Source: Candidatus Shapirobacteria bacterium CG_4_10_14_0_8_um_filter_39_15
GTDB lineage: Bacteria; Patescibacteriota; Microgenomatia; UM-FILTER-39-15
Assembly: GCA_002784465.1 (NCBI GenBank)
Contig: PFLE01000004.1
Span: 8,494-72,493 of the forward strand
Direction: 5' to 3'
Length of the DNA stretch: 64,000 bases
The notes below the pieces were generated by a model. It was not told where the DNA came from and searched no databases. It was given only the letters and a program-made list of their open reading frames with translations. Position numbers and translations under genes: made by a program. Of this stretch, positions 28,354-37,796 are shown piece after piece (position 1 is the stretch's first letter; every line of letters starts with the position of its first letter).

Positions 28354-28725
28354 ATGATAAGCGTTTTAATATCTTCAGAGTCCCGATACCGGATTGATCG
28401 CCAGAAAATTAAAAAAGGTATTGAGGATTTCCTCGGGCAGGTAGGAATGAATGAAGTTGAAGTCAGTGTGGCAGTGGTCGGCGGCCGGAAAATCCGGTCT
28501 CTGAATAAAACCTACCGTCAGCTTGACGAGTCAACCGATGTTCTTTCCTTTCCTCAAGAAGGTTCCCGAGACCCGGATGGAATTTTAAGATTGGGTGATA
28601 TTCTGGTTTGTTATCCGCAAGCAATTGAACAGGCGGTTGAGGAAGATAAAATGGTGGATGAGAAGATTAATGAATTAGTGGAGCATGGATTAAGACATTT
28701 GTTGGGAATTCACCACCCTGAATAA
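28354..28725 (+). CDS. ybeY: rRNA maturation endoribonuclease YbeY
   Basis: C-terminal HxxxHxxGxxH-type motif (VEHGLRHLLGIHH). Confidence 0.7.
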   Translation: MISVLISSESRYRIDRQKIKKGIEDFLGQVGMNEVEVSVAVVGGRKIRSLNKTYRQLDESTDVLSFPQEGSRDPDGILRLGDILVCYPQAIEQAVEEDKMVDEKINELVEHGLRHLLGIHHPE

Positions 28726-28737
28726 TTTGAAATCCCT

Positions 28738-28798
28738 GTCATCCTGAGCAAAGCGAAGGATCTTCTCAAGAAGATTCCTCGACTGCGTCTCGGAATGA
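28738..28798. repeat. Hairpin repeat R, copy 7
   Basis: GTCATCCTGAGCaaaGCGAAGGATCTTCTcaaGAAGATTCCTCGactgcgtCTCGGAATGAC, between ybeY and dnaX. Confidence 0.8.
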
Positions 28799-28811
28799 CT
28801 ATTTTAAAAAC

Positions 28812-30344
28812 ATGTCAGATTTTACTGCCAAATACCGGCCACAAACAAATTCCGAATTGGATTTAACTTTTGCCCGCGAGCAGATCTCGAAGATCTTTTC
28901 TTCGGGAAAGGTTCCCCATGCTTTGTTATTTTCTGGCCCTCGTGGTATTGGCAAGACATCGGCGGCTCGGATTGTGGCGAAAACAGTGAATTGCCTGGAA
29001 CCGACAAAAGAAGGGGAACCCTGCAATAAATGCGATCAGTGTGTTTCGATTACCAACGGAAGTAACCTTGATATATTGGAAATTGACGCGGCCTCAAACA
29101 GGGGAATTGACGACATCCGCGATTTGAAAGAAAAGATTAAACTCGCCCCGACCAGAGCGAAATATAAAGTTTACATAATTGATGAGGTTCACATGTTAAC
29201 GACTGAAGCCTTTAATGCCTTGTTAAAAACTTTGGAGGAACCGCCGGAACACGCTATTTTTATTTTATGCACGACGGCGCCGGAAAAATTACCGGAAACG
29301 ATTACCTCCCGTTGTCTGCAAATAAATTTCAAAAGAGCCAGCGAAAAAGAAATTATTGAAAAATTGGAGAAAATTTCCAAGGAGGAAAAAATTGAAATCG
29401 AAAAAGAAGCTTTGGCTAAAATCGCAAAAGCAGTCAACGGCAGTTTCCGCGACGCGACGAAGATTTTGGAGCAGCTTTCTTTTGCCAAAGAGAAAATTAC
29501 GGTCGATTTCGTGGCGGAAATTTTAGGTCAGATAACCGGTTTGGGACCGGAAAAATTATTAGTTTTATTGGTGGATAAAGATACGGTTGACGGAATTAAA
29601 GAAATTGACCGGATTGTCGAAAGCGGGGGTAATCTGCGTGTTTATACTGAACAGCTTTTGGAATTATTGCGATTGGGAATGTTGGCAAAACTTGGTGTCA
29701 CAGATATCACTGAGATACAACAGATTACACTGAGTATTGAAGATTATAAAAGACTAATTGAGATTTTTGCTAAAGCCGGTTTGGAGTTGAAAGACGCAGT
29801 TATACCACAACTTCCATTAGAGATGGCGGTTGTTGAGTGGTGTGTAGAAGGACAAGAGAAGCGAGATGTTGGAAGCAAGAAGCGGGAAGAAGAGGACGAG
29901 AATCAGAAAAAAAAGGAACCAGAATCTCGCATCTCACCTCTCGCATCTCACCTCTCAACCGTATCATCATCCTCCAGTATTTCCTTAGAATCGATTCAAA
30001 ACAAATGGCCGGAGGTGCTGAAAGGGGTTAAGCCGAAAAATCACTCGGTTGAGGCGTTGCTGCGGGCGACCAGACCCTTGGAAGTCAAAAATAATTTTTT
30101 GATTCTGGAGGTTTTTTACAAATTTCATAAGGATAAATTGGAAAGCGAAAAATGCCGGCAGATTTTGGAAGATACAATCAATGAAGTTTACGGAGAACCA
30201 ATTCAAATCAGATGTGTTTTGGGAGAACGGAAACCTGCTAACACTGAATCACTGAAGGAAACTGAAACACTGAAAGATGCCGAAACACAGAATGATGATA
30301 TTATTAAATCGGCCGAAGAAATTTTTAGTGTTTCGGTAGAGTAA
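28812..30344 (+). CDS. dnaX: DNA polymerase III subunit gamma/tau
   Basis: AAA+ P-loop (GPRGIGKTSAARIVAK), a zinc module (CNKCDQC), and the clamp-loader SRC region. The linker carries in-frame tandem repeats. Confidence 0.9.
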   Translation: MSDFTAKYRPQTNSELDLTFAREQISKIFSSGKVPHALLFSGPRGIGKTSAARIVAKTVNCLEPTKEGEPCNKCDQCVSITNGSNLDILEIDAASNRGIDDIRDLKEKIKLAPTRAKYKVYIIDEVHMLTTEAFNALLKTLEEPPEHAIFILCTTAPEKLPETITSRCLQINFKRASEKEIIEKLEKISKEEKIEIEKEALAKIAKAVNGSFRDATKILEQLSFAKEKITVDFVAEILGQITGLGPEKLLVLLVDKDTVDGIKEIDRIVESGGNLRVYTEQLLELLRLGMLAKLGVTDITEIQQITLSIEDYKRLIEIFAKAGLELKDAVIPQLPLEMAVVEWCVEGQEKRDVGSKKREEEDENQKKKEPESRISPLASHLSTVSSSSSISLESIQNKWPEVLKGVKPKNHSVEALLRATRPLEVKNNFLILEVFYKFHKDKLESEKCRQILEDTINEVYGEPIQIRCVLGERKPANTESLKETETLKDAETQNDDIIKSAEEIFSVSVE

Positions 30345-30357
30345 GGAGGTGATTTAA

Positions 30358-30642
30358 TTGTTTGATAAATTTAAACAAATTTCGGAATTAAAAAGAATGC
30401 GCGATCAGGCCATGCGGATGCAAAAAGAGTTGGCATTGGAGGAAATTATTCATGAAGAAAACGGGATTAAAGTCGTGATGTCAGGCGATCAAAAAGTCCG
30501 CCAAATAATTATTGGCAGTCAAAATGACGAACGGATTGTCAAAGCGGTTAATAAAGCAATAGAAAAATCCCAGCAAGTGGCGGCTAAAAAAATCCAAAGT
30601 ATGGGAGGATTAGGGGGATTGGGAGGAATGCTGGGGAATTAG
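30358..30642 (+). CDS. ybaB: Nucleoid-associated protein YbaB/EbfC
   Basis: 94 aa; it sits immediately downstream of dnaX, the canonical dnaX-ybaB-recR neighbourhood, and has a Gly-rich C-terminus. Confidence 0.75.
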   Translation: MFDKFKQISELKRMRDQAMRMQKELALEEIIHEENGIKVVMSGDQKVRQIIIGSQNDERIVKAVNKAIEKSQQVAAKKIQSMGGLGGLGGMLGN

Positions 30643-30698
30643 AAAGAAGAACAGAAAATCTCGCATCTCGTTTCCCGCATCACGCACCCCTTGTTCAT

Positions 30699-31496
30699 AT
30701 GGGTAAAATTGATATAGCAGTTATCGGTGGTTCCGGATTTTACAATTTATTGAATAAGCCAGAATTAATTAAGGTGGAAACCCCCTATGGTCCGCCTTCG
30801 GCCAAACTAGCGGTTGGCAAGGTTGGTGAGAGAAAAGTCGTTTTTCTACCGCGGCATGGTTACGATCATGAGTTACCGCCAAGCCAGATTCCTTACAAAG
30901 CCAATTTATGGGCTTTTAAATCTTTAGGCGTGGAAAGAATAATTGCGATTACTGCTTGCGGTTCACTTCAGACCAAAATGAAAAGAGGAGATTTTGTAGT
31001 TGTTGACCAATTCGTGGACCGCACGCGCCATCGCGATGATACATTTTTCCAAGGTCCCCTGACAACTCATATTTCCAGCGCTTATCCGTATTGTGAACAA
31101 CTTTCAAAAATTGCTTACCAGACAGGAAGAAAACTCAATATCGGAATCCATCAAAATGGGACCTTAGTAATAATTGAAGGCCCCAGATTTTCTACCAAAG
31201 CGGAGAGTGAATGGTTTACCAAAATGGGTTGGGATATTATCAACATGACCGGTTATCCGGAAGTCACGCTGGCTAAAGAATTGGAACTTTGTTACTGCGC
31301 GATTGCTTTAGTAACTGATTATGATGTGGGAATCGTTACCAAAGAAAAAATTAAACCGGTTTCTATGGGTGAAATTACGAAAGTTTTTAAAGAAAATAAT
31401 CAAAAAGCGCAGAAATTGGTTTTGGAAATGATTAGGAAAATACCAGATGAAAGAAGTTGCGAATGTGGAAAAGTGTTGGAAGGAGCGAGAATATAA
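30699..31496 (+). CDS. Purine nucleoside / 5'-methylthioadenosine phosphorylase (PNP family 2)
   Basis: PNP/MTAP-like sequence (AVIGGSGF ... FLPRHG ... ITACGSL). Confidence 0.75.
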   Translation: MGKIDIAVIGGSGFYNLLNKPELIKVETPYGPPSAKLAVGKVGERKVVFLPRHGYDHELPPSQIPYKANLWAFKSLGVERIIAITACGSLQTKMKRGDFVVVDQFVDRTRHRDDTFFQGPLTTHISSAYPYCEQLSKIAYQTGRKLNIGIHQNGTLVIIEGPRFSTKAESEWFTKMGWDIINMTGYPEVTLAKELELCYCAIALVTDYDVGIVTKEKIKPVSMGEITKVFKENNQKAQKLVLEMIRKIPDERSCECGKVLEGARI

Positions 31497-31497
31497 A

Positions 31498-31586
31498 CAA
31501 TTGTTACATTGTTATATTGCTAGATTGCTAGAATGAAGACGACTGAAAACATTATAGCAATTTAACATTATAGCATTCTAACAATG
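31498..31586. repeat. AT-rich TTGTTATA motif element with inverted partner (upstream of apt)
   Basis: CAATTGTTACATTGTTATATTGCTAGATTGCTAGAATG, a spacer, then AACATTATAGCAATTTAACATTATAGCATTCTAACAATGG. Confidence 0.6.
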
Positions 31587-32009
31587 GAAAAAATCAATCT
31601 CAAAAATAAGATCGCCGATATTCCTAATTTCCCCAAAAAGGGGATTGTGTTTCGGGATATAACTCCTTTGCTGCTGGATTCTGTTTATTTTAATGAAACA
31701 ATAGAAAGAATGAAGTGGGAAGTGAGAAGTTTGAAAATAGAAGCGATTCTTGGGATAGAATCCAGAGGGTTTATATTCGGAGCAACATTAGCGCGTGAAT
31801 TGGGAGTCGGTTTCGTGCCGGTAAGAAAAATCAATAAACTGCTTCCCAGAAAAACCGTGGAACAAACTTATGATTTGGAATACGGGAAAGATGGCGTAAA
31901 AATTCACGCGGATTCGGTTCAACCTGGTCAGCGGGTTTTGATTGTGGAAAGGTCACTGCTTTTCTATTCCTCAACGAACTTTGCTATCTTCATCCCAGAA
32001 AGGCATTAA
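31584..32009 (+). pseudogene. apt: Adenine phosphoribosyltransferase, 3'-truncated
   Basis: The APRT N-terminus is intact up to GQRVLIV. The PRPP-binding loop (expected VDDLLATGGT) is then replaced by unrelated residues and an early stop, with no continuation in the other frames. Confidence 0.6.
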
Positions 32010-32109
32010 AAGGATATAAAGTCATATCTCTTGTAAAATATAGAAAATAAAAGCGGCCGTTTCTTGATTTTGTAATGCAATCAAGGCGTACCGCTTTATT
32101 GGTGGATCA

Positions 32110-32418
32110 TTAAGCCGACTCGAAATTGACGAATCGGATTCTGAAAGGGAATTGGTCACCCCAGAGTTGTCTGAGTTCATTCAGGAGATTTTTCCTTAAT
32201 GTCTTATCATTAAATTCCCCGTCGTGATAGATCACAATCATTCCTTGTCTTCCGGGGGTGAAGTTTCCAACTCGAACTGTTTCTACTCGAACGGGAATGA
32301 CTTGAACTACGATTTCATGCCTCCCTACACATAGTTGGATTGTTGCCAGTAATTCGTTGCACAACCTTACTTGTTTCAGAGGATCAATTTGGGAAAGTTG
32401 GACGTTAGCCAGAATCAT
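32110..32418 (-). CDS. Hypothetical protein (orphan, opposite strand)
   Basis: 102 aa with no recognisable motif, located in the island between the truncated apt and PaaX-like paralog 3. Confidence 0.3.
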   Translation of the reverse strand: MILANVQLSQIDPLKQVRLCNELLATIQLCVGRHEIVVQVIPVRVETVRVGNFTPGRQGMIVIYHDGEFNDKTLRKNLLNELRQLWGDQFPFRIRFVNFESA

Positions 32419-32550
32419 TCGATTCCTCCTTTTTGGAACTTATGGTAACGAGCGAATTACGGTAGGAGAATATTACCAGAATTGAATAGGAAAATCAATT
32501 ATTATAAGGTATTGCATATTTATATGCTGGAGCGTTAGAATATGTAATAT

Positions 32551-33285
32551 ATGGGGAAGAAATTAAGAATTAGAGATAAATTACTTCTTGGAGCGGCAAT
32601 GTCCGGTGATCTGTTTTTTGAATTTGTACAACCTATGTCGGTTCAGTTGGGGAAAATGAGAGGAGCACTGCCTCCTAATTATAAACTTACTAATTTTACG
32701 GTTTCGGTTTCCAGAATGTTGACAACCGGATATTTAGAGAAAGTGATAAAAAACGGGGAACCGTATTTAAGATTAACAGGAAGAGGGCAAAAAGCATTGG
32801 TAAGAGATTATCCAATGTTTAGTTTTAAAAACAAAAGGTGGGATGAAAAATGGAGAATTGTATTTTATGATATTCCTGATACCAAGAAGGGTATTAGAGA
32901 TAGTTTAAAATCAAAACTAAAAGAATTGGGATTGGGGATGATTCAGGAAAGTATTTATATTACGCCATATGATATTGCGCAAGATTTAAAAGAGTTTATC
33001 GAGGCACAAAAGCTTGAAAAATATGTGTTTGTAGGTGAAATTAATAACCTATTGATAGGGGATCAAGAAGCTCTTGCGGAACAAATTTGGAAGGTGAAAG
33101 AAATAAACAATAAATATTATGATTTAATGGACAAAATAAATACTAAACAGTCAAAGAGCGAAATCCTTTCAGACTATGAAGTAATTTTAAAAGAAGATCC
33201 TTGCTTGCCAAAAGAACTGCTTCCAAGCAATTGGTTAGGGGATAATGTTTACAAAGAAGTAAAACAGTTATTAACGAGAGATTAA
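32551..33285 (+). CDS. PaaX-like winged-helix regulator, paralog 3
   Basis: Close paralog of 22646..23386, with the core KRWDEKWRIVFYDIPDTKKGIRDSLKSKLKELGLGMIQESIYITPYD and C-terminal EDPCLPKELLPSNWLGD. It is bracketed by approximately 45-bp direct repeats. Confidence 0.7.
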   Translation: MGKKLRIRDKLLLGAAMSGDLFFEFVQPMSVQLGKMRGALPPNYKLTNFTVSVSRMLTTGYLEKVIKNGEPYLRLTGRGQKALVRDYPMFSFKNKRWDEKWRIVFYDIPDTKKGIRDSLKSKLKELGLGMIQESIYITPYDIAQDLKEFIEAQKLEKYVFVGEINNLLIGDQEALAEQIWKVKEINNKYYDLMDKINTKQSKSEILSDYEVILKEDPCLPKELLPSNWLGDNVYKEVKQLLTRD

Positions 33286-33720
33286 TTATTGCATATTTAT
33301 ATGCTGGAGCGTGAGATTATGTAATATTGAAGAATAAAAACGAGGTGGTGGTTTCTCGAATTGGTATTGCAATCGAGGCCGTTCCGCCTTTCTAAATCAT
33401 TCTTGTTTGCTGCGGCGCCTGGCTCGAAGGAGGTCACAAATCTTGAAGTACTCGTGAAAGGTCCAAATCAACACACATGTGGGTTTGTTTCGTCGGTGCG
33501 GTAACCACAAAATGAATAGAACATGATAGAAAAGGTTTAAGCAGATTGAGAATCCAGATTCTCCAGATCATGGGAAGTTCTTTCTCTGTTTCCAAAATGA
33601 CTAACGACCCATCGCCCCAGGAAGAAATGAAACTTACCTTCTTCCCGAGAGCTTCAAGGTATCGGTCGAGCTTGGGTGAAGTAACCCCTACACCTTAATC
33701 GTATTGATCATCTTTCCTCC

Positions 33721-33936
33721 TTATGGATCGAATGGAGCTAGACCTAGAAAAAGCAGAAGAATACTCACCAAAAGGAGAGTCACGCCTGGGCTAGAGATCA
33801 TTTCTCCTTTATTGTCAAACCAAATTCTCCACAATCCTAGTTTTTCCACAAACAACAGGCGATAGAGAGCGATTACCCAAAAGATAGCCGCACCAACCAG
33901 ATATGGTGTGGAACTATCCCAAAATTCCCAATTCAT
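33721..33936 (-). CDS. Hypothetical small membrane protein
   Basis: 71 aa with two TM helices. Confidence 0.3.
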   Translation of the reverse strand: MNWEFWDSSTPYLVGAAIFWVIALYRLLFVEKLGLWRIWFDNKGEMISSPGVTLLLVSILLLFLGLAPFDP

Positions 33937-34025
33937 ACTTCCTCCTTGTATGTTAAGGTACTAAGGTTCTGGAGCAGTTTTATTGCAGGCATCCAGATTT
34001 TATCACAATTTGGTATAATTTATTA

Positions 34026-34658
34026 ATGAATCTTCCTAGGCCAATCAGAAAATTGATTGAATCTTTTGAAAAATTACCGGGGATTGGGCCGAAAAGCGCA
34101 GCCAGGCTGACTTTCTACCTGCTTCATGTGCCTCAAGAGCAACTGGATGAATTTGCCAATTCATTGACCGGGTTAAAAAAGAATACGGTTTTATGTTCCA
34201 CCTGTTTTAATGTTTCCGAAGCTGATCCTTGTCCAATATGTTCTGATTCTTCCCGTGATCAAAGTATTATTTGTGTGGTGGAACAACCCCTGGATGTTTT
34301 GGCTATCGAGAAAACAGGTCGGTATAAAGGGTTATATCATGTGTTACATGGCGTTATTTCCCCGCTGGATAATATTGGCCCTGATGAATTATATATAAAA
34401 CAGTTGTTGGATCGACTGACAAGGTCTAACCTTGTCAACGAAGTGATCCTGGCAATGAACCCAAATATGGAAGGGGAAGCGACCTCGATGTACCTTGCCA
34501 AAAAGGTAAAAGGGCACTTACAGGGTAAACAAGAAGGCGAGAGAGCAGGAGGGATAAAAATTACTAGGTTGGGACAGGGGTTGCCGATAGGAGGGGATTT
34601 GGAGTATGCTGATGAAGTGACACTTACTCGCGCTTTAGAGGGAAGGCGAGAGTATTAA
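34026..34658 (+). CDS. recR: Recombination protein RecR
   Basis: HhH N-terminus (LIESFEKLPGIGPKSAARL), a C4 zinc finger (CSTCFNVSEADPCPIC), and a Toprim domain. A REP-like palindrome is embedded in-frame. Confidence 0.9.
   Translation: MNLPRPIRKLIESFEKLPGIGPKSAARLTFYLLHVPQEQLDEFANSLTGLKKNTVLCSTCFNVSEADPCPICSDSSRDQSIICVVEQPLDVLAIEKTGRYKGLYHVLHGVISPLDNIGPDELYIKQLLDRLTRSNLVNEVILAMNPNMEGEATSMYLAKKVKGHLQGKQEGERAGGIKITRLGQGLPIGGDLEYADEVTLTRALEGRREY
34427..34447. repeat. REP-like palindrome TGACAAGGTCTAACCTTGTCA (copy 5; in-frame inside recR, encoding RLTRSNLV)
   Basis: Exact palindrome with a CTA centre, located inside a CDS. Confidence 0.9.
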
Positions 34659-34756
34659 TAATTTAAAAGTCAAAAGGCAAAATGTAAAAGTGTGGTCAGC
34701 ACTTCGTGCTGGAATTGATAATTTTTACTTTTGACTTGTAATTTTGAATTTCAACG

Positions 34757-35212
34757 ATGCCTAATCCATTACCACAAGCATTTCTAAATCAAATCAAACA
34801 AACCGCTCAAGATTCGGTTGAAACGGTTAAGCAAACCGTAGATAGCGGTATGGAACAAATTGGTTTACAAACTCGTCCGCTTTCGCAGGCAAAATTACTT
34901 TTTCCTGATCAATATGGTCAACCAACCGACGGTCTTCCTCAAAAAGAGAAAAACGACTTTAAACGGATGGTTGAAATTGGTCAGTTGCAAAAAAAGTTGA
35001 ATGCTGAAATTGCTAATGCGCAACAACAGAGAACAAAAGAATTACAACAAAGAAGAGAACCCCCAAAACAGACGCCGCAAATAAAGGAAATGACGCCGAC
35101 GATTGAAACCAGCGCGCCGCAAAAGGGAAAGCCTGGAGCCAATAATAGGAAAGTTGAAGCAGCTAAAAAACAGTCACAGCCGGAAACGTCGGGACAAAGA
35201 CAATCAGGTTAA
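34757..35212 (+). CDS. Hypothetical Q/K-rich low-complexity protein
   Basis: 151 aa, flanked by AT-rich inverted repeats. Confidence 0.35.
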   Translation: MPNPLPQAFLNQIKQTAQDSVETVKQTVDSGMEQIGLQTRPLSQAKLLFPDQYGQPTDGLPQKEKNDFKRMVEIGQLQKKLNAEIANAQQQRTKELQQRREPPKQTPQIKEMTPTIETSAPQKGKPGANNRKVEAAKKQSQPETSGQRQSG

Positions 35213-35324
35213 GTCAAAAATCAAAAGTTAAAAATTAAAATTTCAAGTTAAAATCCAAAAGTTTAGAACTCAATTTTGACTTTTGAATTGTATTTTTGAA
35301 TTTTGCCTTTTGCATTTTGAATTT

Positions 35325-36770
35325 ATGCTTAAACTATACAATACTTTATCGCATAAACTGGAAGAATTTAAACCAATAAATCCTGATCAAATAGGTGTCT
35401 ATTCTTGCGGCCCGACAGTTTATTGGAACCAGCATATTGGCAATATGTATGCTTTTGTTCAATGGGACGCGATGGTTCGGTTTCTGCGTTTTCTTGGTTG
35501 GAATGTTAAATGGGTAATGAATATTACGGATGTTGGTCATATGACTTCCGACGAAGATTCCGGTGAGGATAAAATGGAAAAAGGGGCCAAAAGAGAAGGA
35601 ATGACTCCTTGGGAAATCGCCGATAAATATTTAGGTCAATTTAAAGAGAGCATTGATTTATTGAACATTAAGCCAGATTTGTTGCCGAGAGCTACAGAAC
35701 ATATACAAGAGCAAATTGATTTGATTAAGAAAATAGAGGATCGAGGTTTTGCTTATAAAACAAAAACCGGATTGGTTTTCAATACGGCTAAATTTCCGGG
35801 TTACGCGGATTTTGCGCGATTAGATCTTTCAAAACAAGAAGCCGGTTCTCGGGTTGAAGTTGATCCGGAAAAGAAAAACCCCTGGGATTTTCTTCTTTGG
35901 GTAACAAATCAGCCTAATCATATTATGCTTTGGGATTCACCGTGGGGAAAAGGTTTTCCGGGTTGGCACATTGAATGCACGGCAATGTCAACGAAATATT
36001 TAGGAGAAACTTTTGACATTCATACCGGCGGCAAAGAGCATATTCCGGTTCACCATACTAATGAAGTGGCCCAAGGATTCGGCGCGTTTGGTCATCAAAC
36101 CGCTAATTTCTGGCTTCATAATGAGTGGTTGTCAATAAAGGGAGAAAAAGCAAGCAAGAGTTCGGGAAATTTTTATTTGGTAACTGACTTAGTGGAAAAA
36201 GGATATGATCCGTTAGCTTTTCGCTATTTGGTTTTAACTTCGCAATATCATTCCGGATTGGATTTTTCATTCGAGGCGTTAACCGGCGCGCAAACCACAT
36301 TATTCCGTTTGCGGGATCTGGTCGTTGGATGGAAACAGACCAAAGATGAAACCGGTTTTTCCCGGGAAACAATCGATAAGACGCAAGATTACCGCCAGAA
36401 ATTTATTGACGCGGTGAGCAACGATTTGAACTTTCCGGCCGGATTGGCCGTGGTTTGGGAAATGGCCAAATCGAATATCAATAGCGAAGACAAGCTGGAT
36501 TTAATACTGGAATTTGATAAAGTTATGGGATTAAGACTGGCAGAAGCAGGAAGCGAGAAGCGGGAAACATCGTCGGAAGTTGAGGAACTGGCGCAGAAAA
36601 GGGAAGTATTGAGAAAGCAAAAAAAATGGGAAACGGCGGATGAGGTACGGAAAGAGATTGAAAAGCTGGGTTACACGATAGAAGATAAAGCTGACGGATA
36701 CGTTTTAAAACATTGTCATTCCGAGCTTGTTTACACTGAGCGAAGCGAATGTGATTCAGAATCTATATAG
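35325..36770 (+). CDS. cysS: Cysteinyl-tRNA synthetase
   Basis: HIGH (HIGNMYA) and KMSKS (KSSGN variant KASKSSGN) motifs plus zinc-binding Cys residues. The C-terminal tail runs into a hairpin repeat. Confidence 0.88.
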   Translation: MLKLYNTLSHKLEEFKPINPDQIGVYSCGPTVYWNQHIGNMYAFVQWDAMVRFLRFLGWNVKWVMNITDVGHMTSDEDSGEDKMEKGAKREGMTPWEIADKYLGQFKESIDLLNIKPDLLPRATEHIQEQIDLIKKIEDRGFAYKTKTGLVFNTAKFPGYADFARLDLSKQEAGSRVEVDPEKKNPWDFLLWVTNQPNHIMLWDSPWGKGFPGWHIECTAMSTKYLGETFDIHTGGKEHIPVHHTNEVAQGFGAFGHQTANFWLHNEWLSIKGEKASKSSGNFYLVTDLVEKGYDPLAFRYLVLTSQYHSGLDFSFEALTGAQTTLFRLRDLVVGWKQTKDETGFSRETIDKTQDYRQKFIDAVSNDLNFPAGLAVVWEMAKSNINSEDKLDLILEFDKVMGLRLAEAGSEKRETSSEVEELAQKREVLRKQKKWETADEVRKEIEKLGYTIEDKADGYVLKHCHSELVYTERSECDSESI

Positions 36771-36808
36771 ATTCCCGCTTTCCCTTACAGGGTAAACGCG
36801 GGAATGAC
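36715..36808. repeat. Hairpin repeat R, copy 8 (translated as the CysS C-terminal tail)
   Basis: GTCATTCCGAGC ... CCCTTACAGGGTAAACGCGGGAATGAC. Confidence 0.75.
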
Positions 36809-37472
36809 AGAGAAATCAAATTTATATATGCCTGACCGTCTACTTAAATTACTCCCTCAAATTTTAATTACAATAATTATTGTCAATGTTGTCTTTTTGG
36901 ATTTTTATTTAGGCGCCATAAGAAAGACAGAAACACCGGCGGAATCTTTGGTTCCGGTTGTTCAACCGACAGCGATACCGATTCAAGCAACCGAGAATTG
37001 TTCTTCCTGCCAGGCAATTGTTGAAAAAGAAGTTGCCAAACAAATTTCTTTGATTCCCAGTCCTACTTTGACTAAAACCCCAACGCCAACTTTAACTTTC
37101 GTAAATAGTCCAAAGGTTTTTTATATTCCTTTAGTTAACACCGGCTCGACTGTTTTAACCGAGTGGACTGATATTCCAGGGTCTGATTTTTATTTTAATT
37201 TGACTGATTATTCCGGCGCAAAAAGCGTTCAATGGGAAGCTTCTCTAAAGTCGGTAAACAGTCCGGCACGGGCAATGGTGAGATTGTATGATGTAACCAA
37301 TAAGAGAGGAGTAGATTATAGTGAATTACAAACGCAATCCATTACATATGCTTTGCTTCAATCTTCAGCAATCACCATTTGGAGGGGAAATAATCTATAT
37401 CGAGTCCAATTAAAAGCGGATAACGGTACCCAGGCGGATTTGGGAGCGGGAAGATTAAAGATAATATATTGA
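36804..37472 (+). CDS. Hypothetical membrane-anchored extracytoplasmic protein
   Basis: N-terminal TM helix, a Pro/Thr linker, and a beta-rich C-terminus. Confidence 0.35.
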   Translation: MTEKSNLYMPDRLLKLLPQILITIIIVNVVFLDFYLGAIRKTETPAESLVPVVQPTAIPIQATENCSSCQAIVEKEVAKQISLIPSPTLTKTPTPTLTFVNSPKVFYIPLVNTGSTVLTEWTDIPGSDFYFNLTDYSGAKSVQWEASLKSVNSPARAMVRLYDVTNKRGVDYSELQTQSITYALLQSSAITIWRGNNLYRVQLKADNGTQADLGAGRLKIIY

Positions 37473-37499
37473 TTTTTTTCTCTTGACAAATTATTATAA

Positions 37500-37796
37500 T
37501 TGTATTATTTTGGTAATATGAATAGAACAGTTTTGCAGATACCGGTTTCAAAAAATTTAAGAATAAAAGCCGAGGAAGCGGCATTAGCTTATGGTTTTTC
37601 TTCTTTACAGGAAGTTCTTAGGGTTTTTATGAATCGGTTGGCAAATAAATCGGTTGAGGTTTCTTTCCAGCCGATTATCAATCTTTCTACTGCGTCAGCC
37701 GCCAGACTAGAGAAGATGGACAAGGACTTTGAGGATAATAAAAATATTTTTATTGCCAAGGATTTAGATGATTTGAAAAGAAAACTTGCTAAATGA
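37500..37796 (+). CDS. Hypothetical protein, possible antitoxin partner of the downstream RelE/ParE remnant
   Basis: Approximately 93 aa (probable start at MNRTV) and 4-bp overlap with a degraded RelE/ParE-like ORF. Confidence 0.3.
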   Translation: MYYFGNMNRTVLQIPVSKNLRIKAEEAALAYGFSSLQEVLRVFMNRLANKSVEVSFQPIINLSTASAARLEKMDKDFEDNKNIFIAKDLDDLKRKLAK

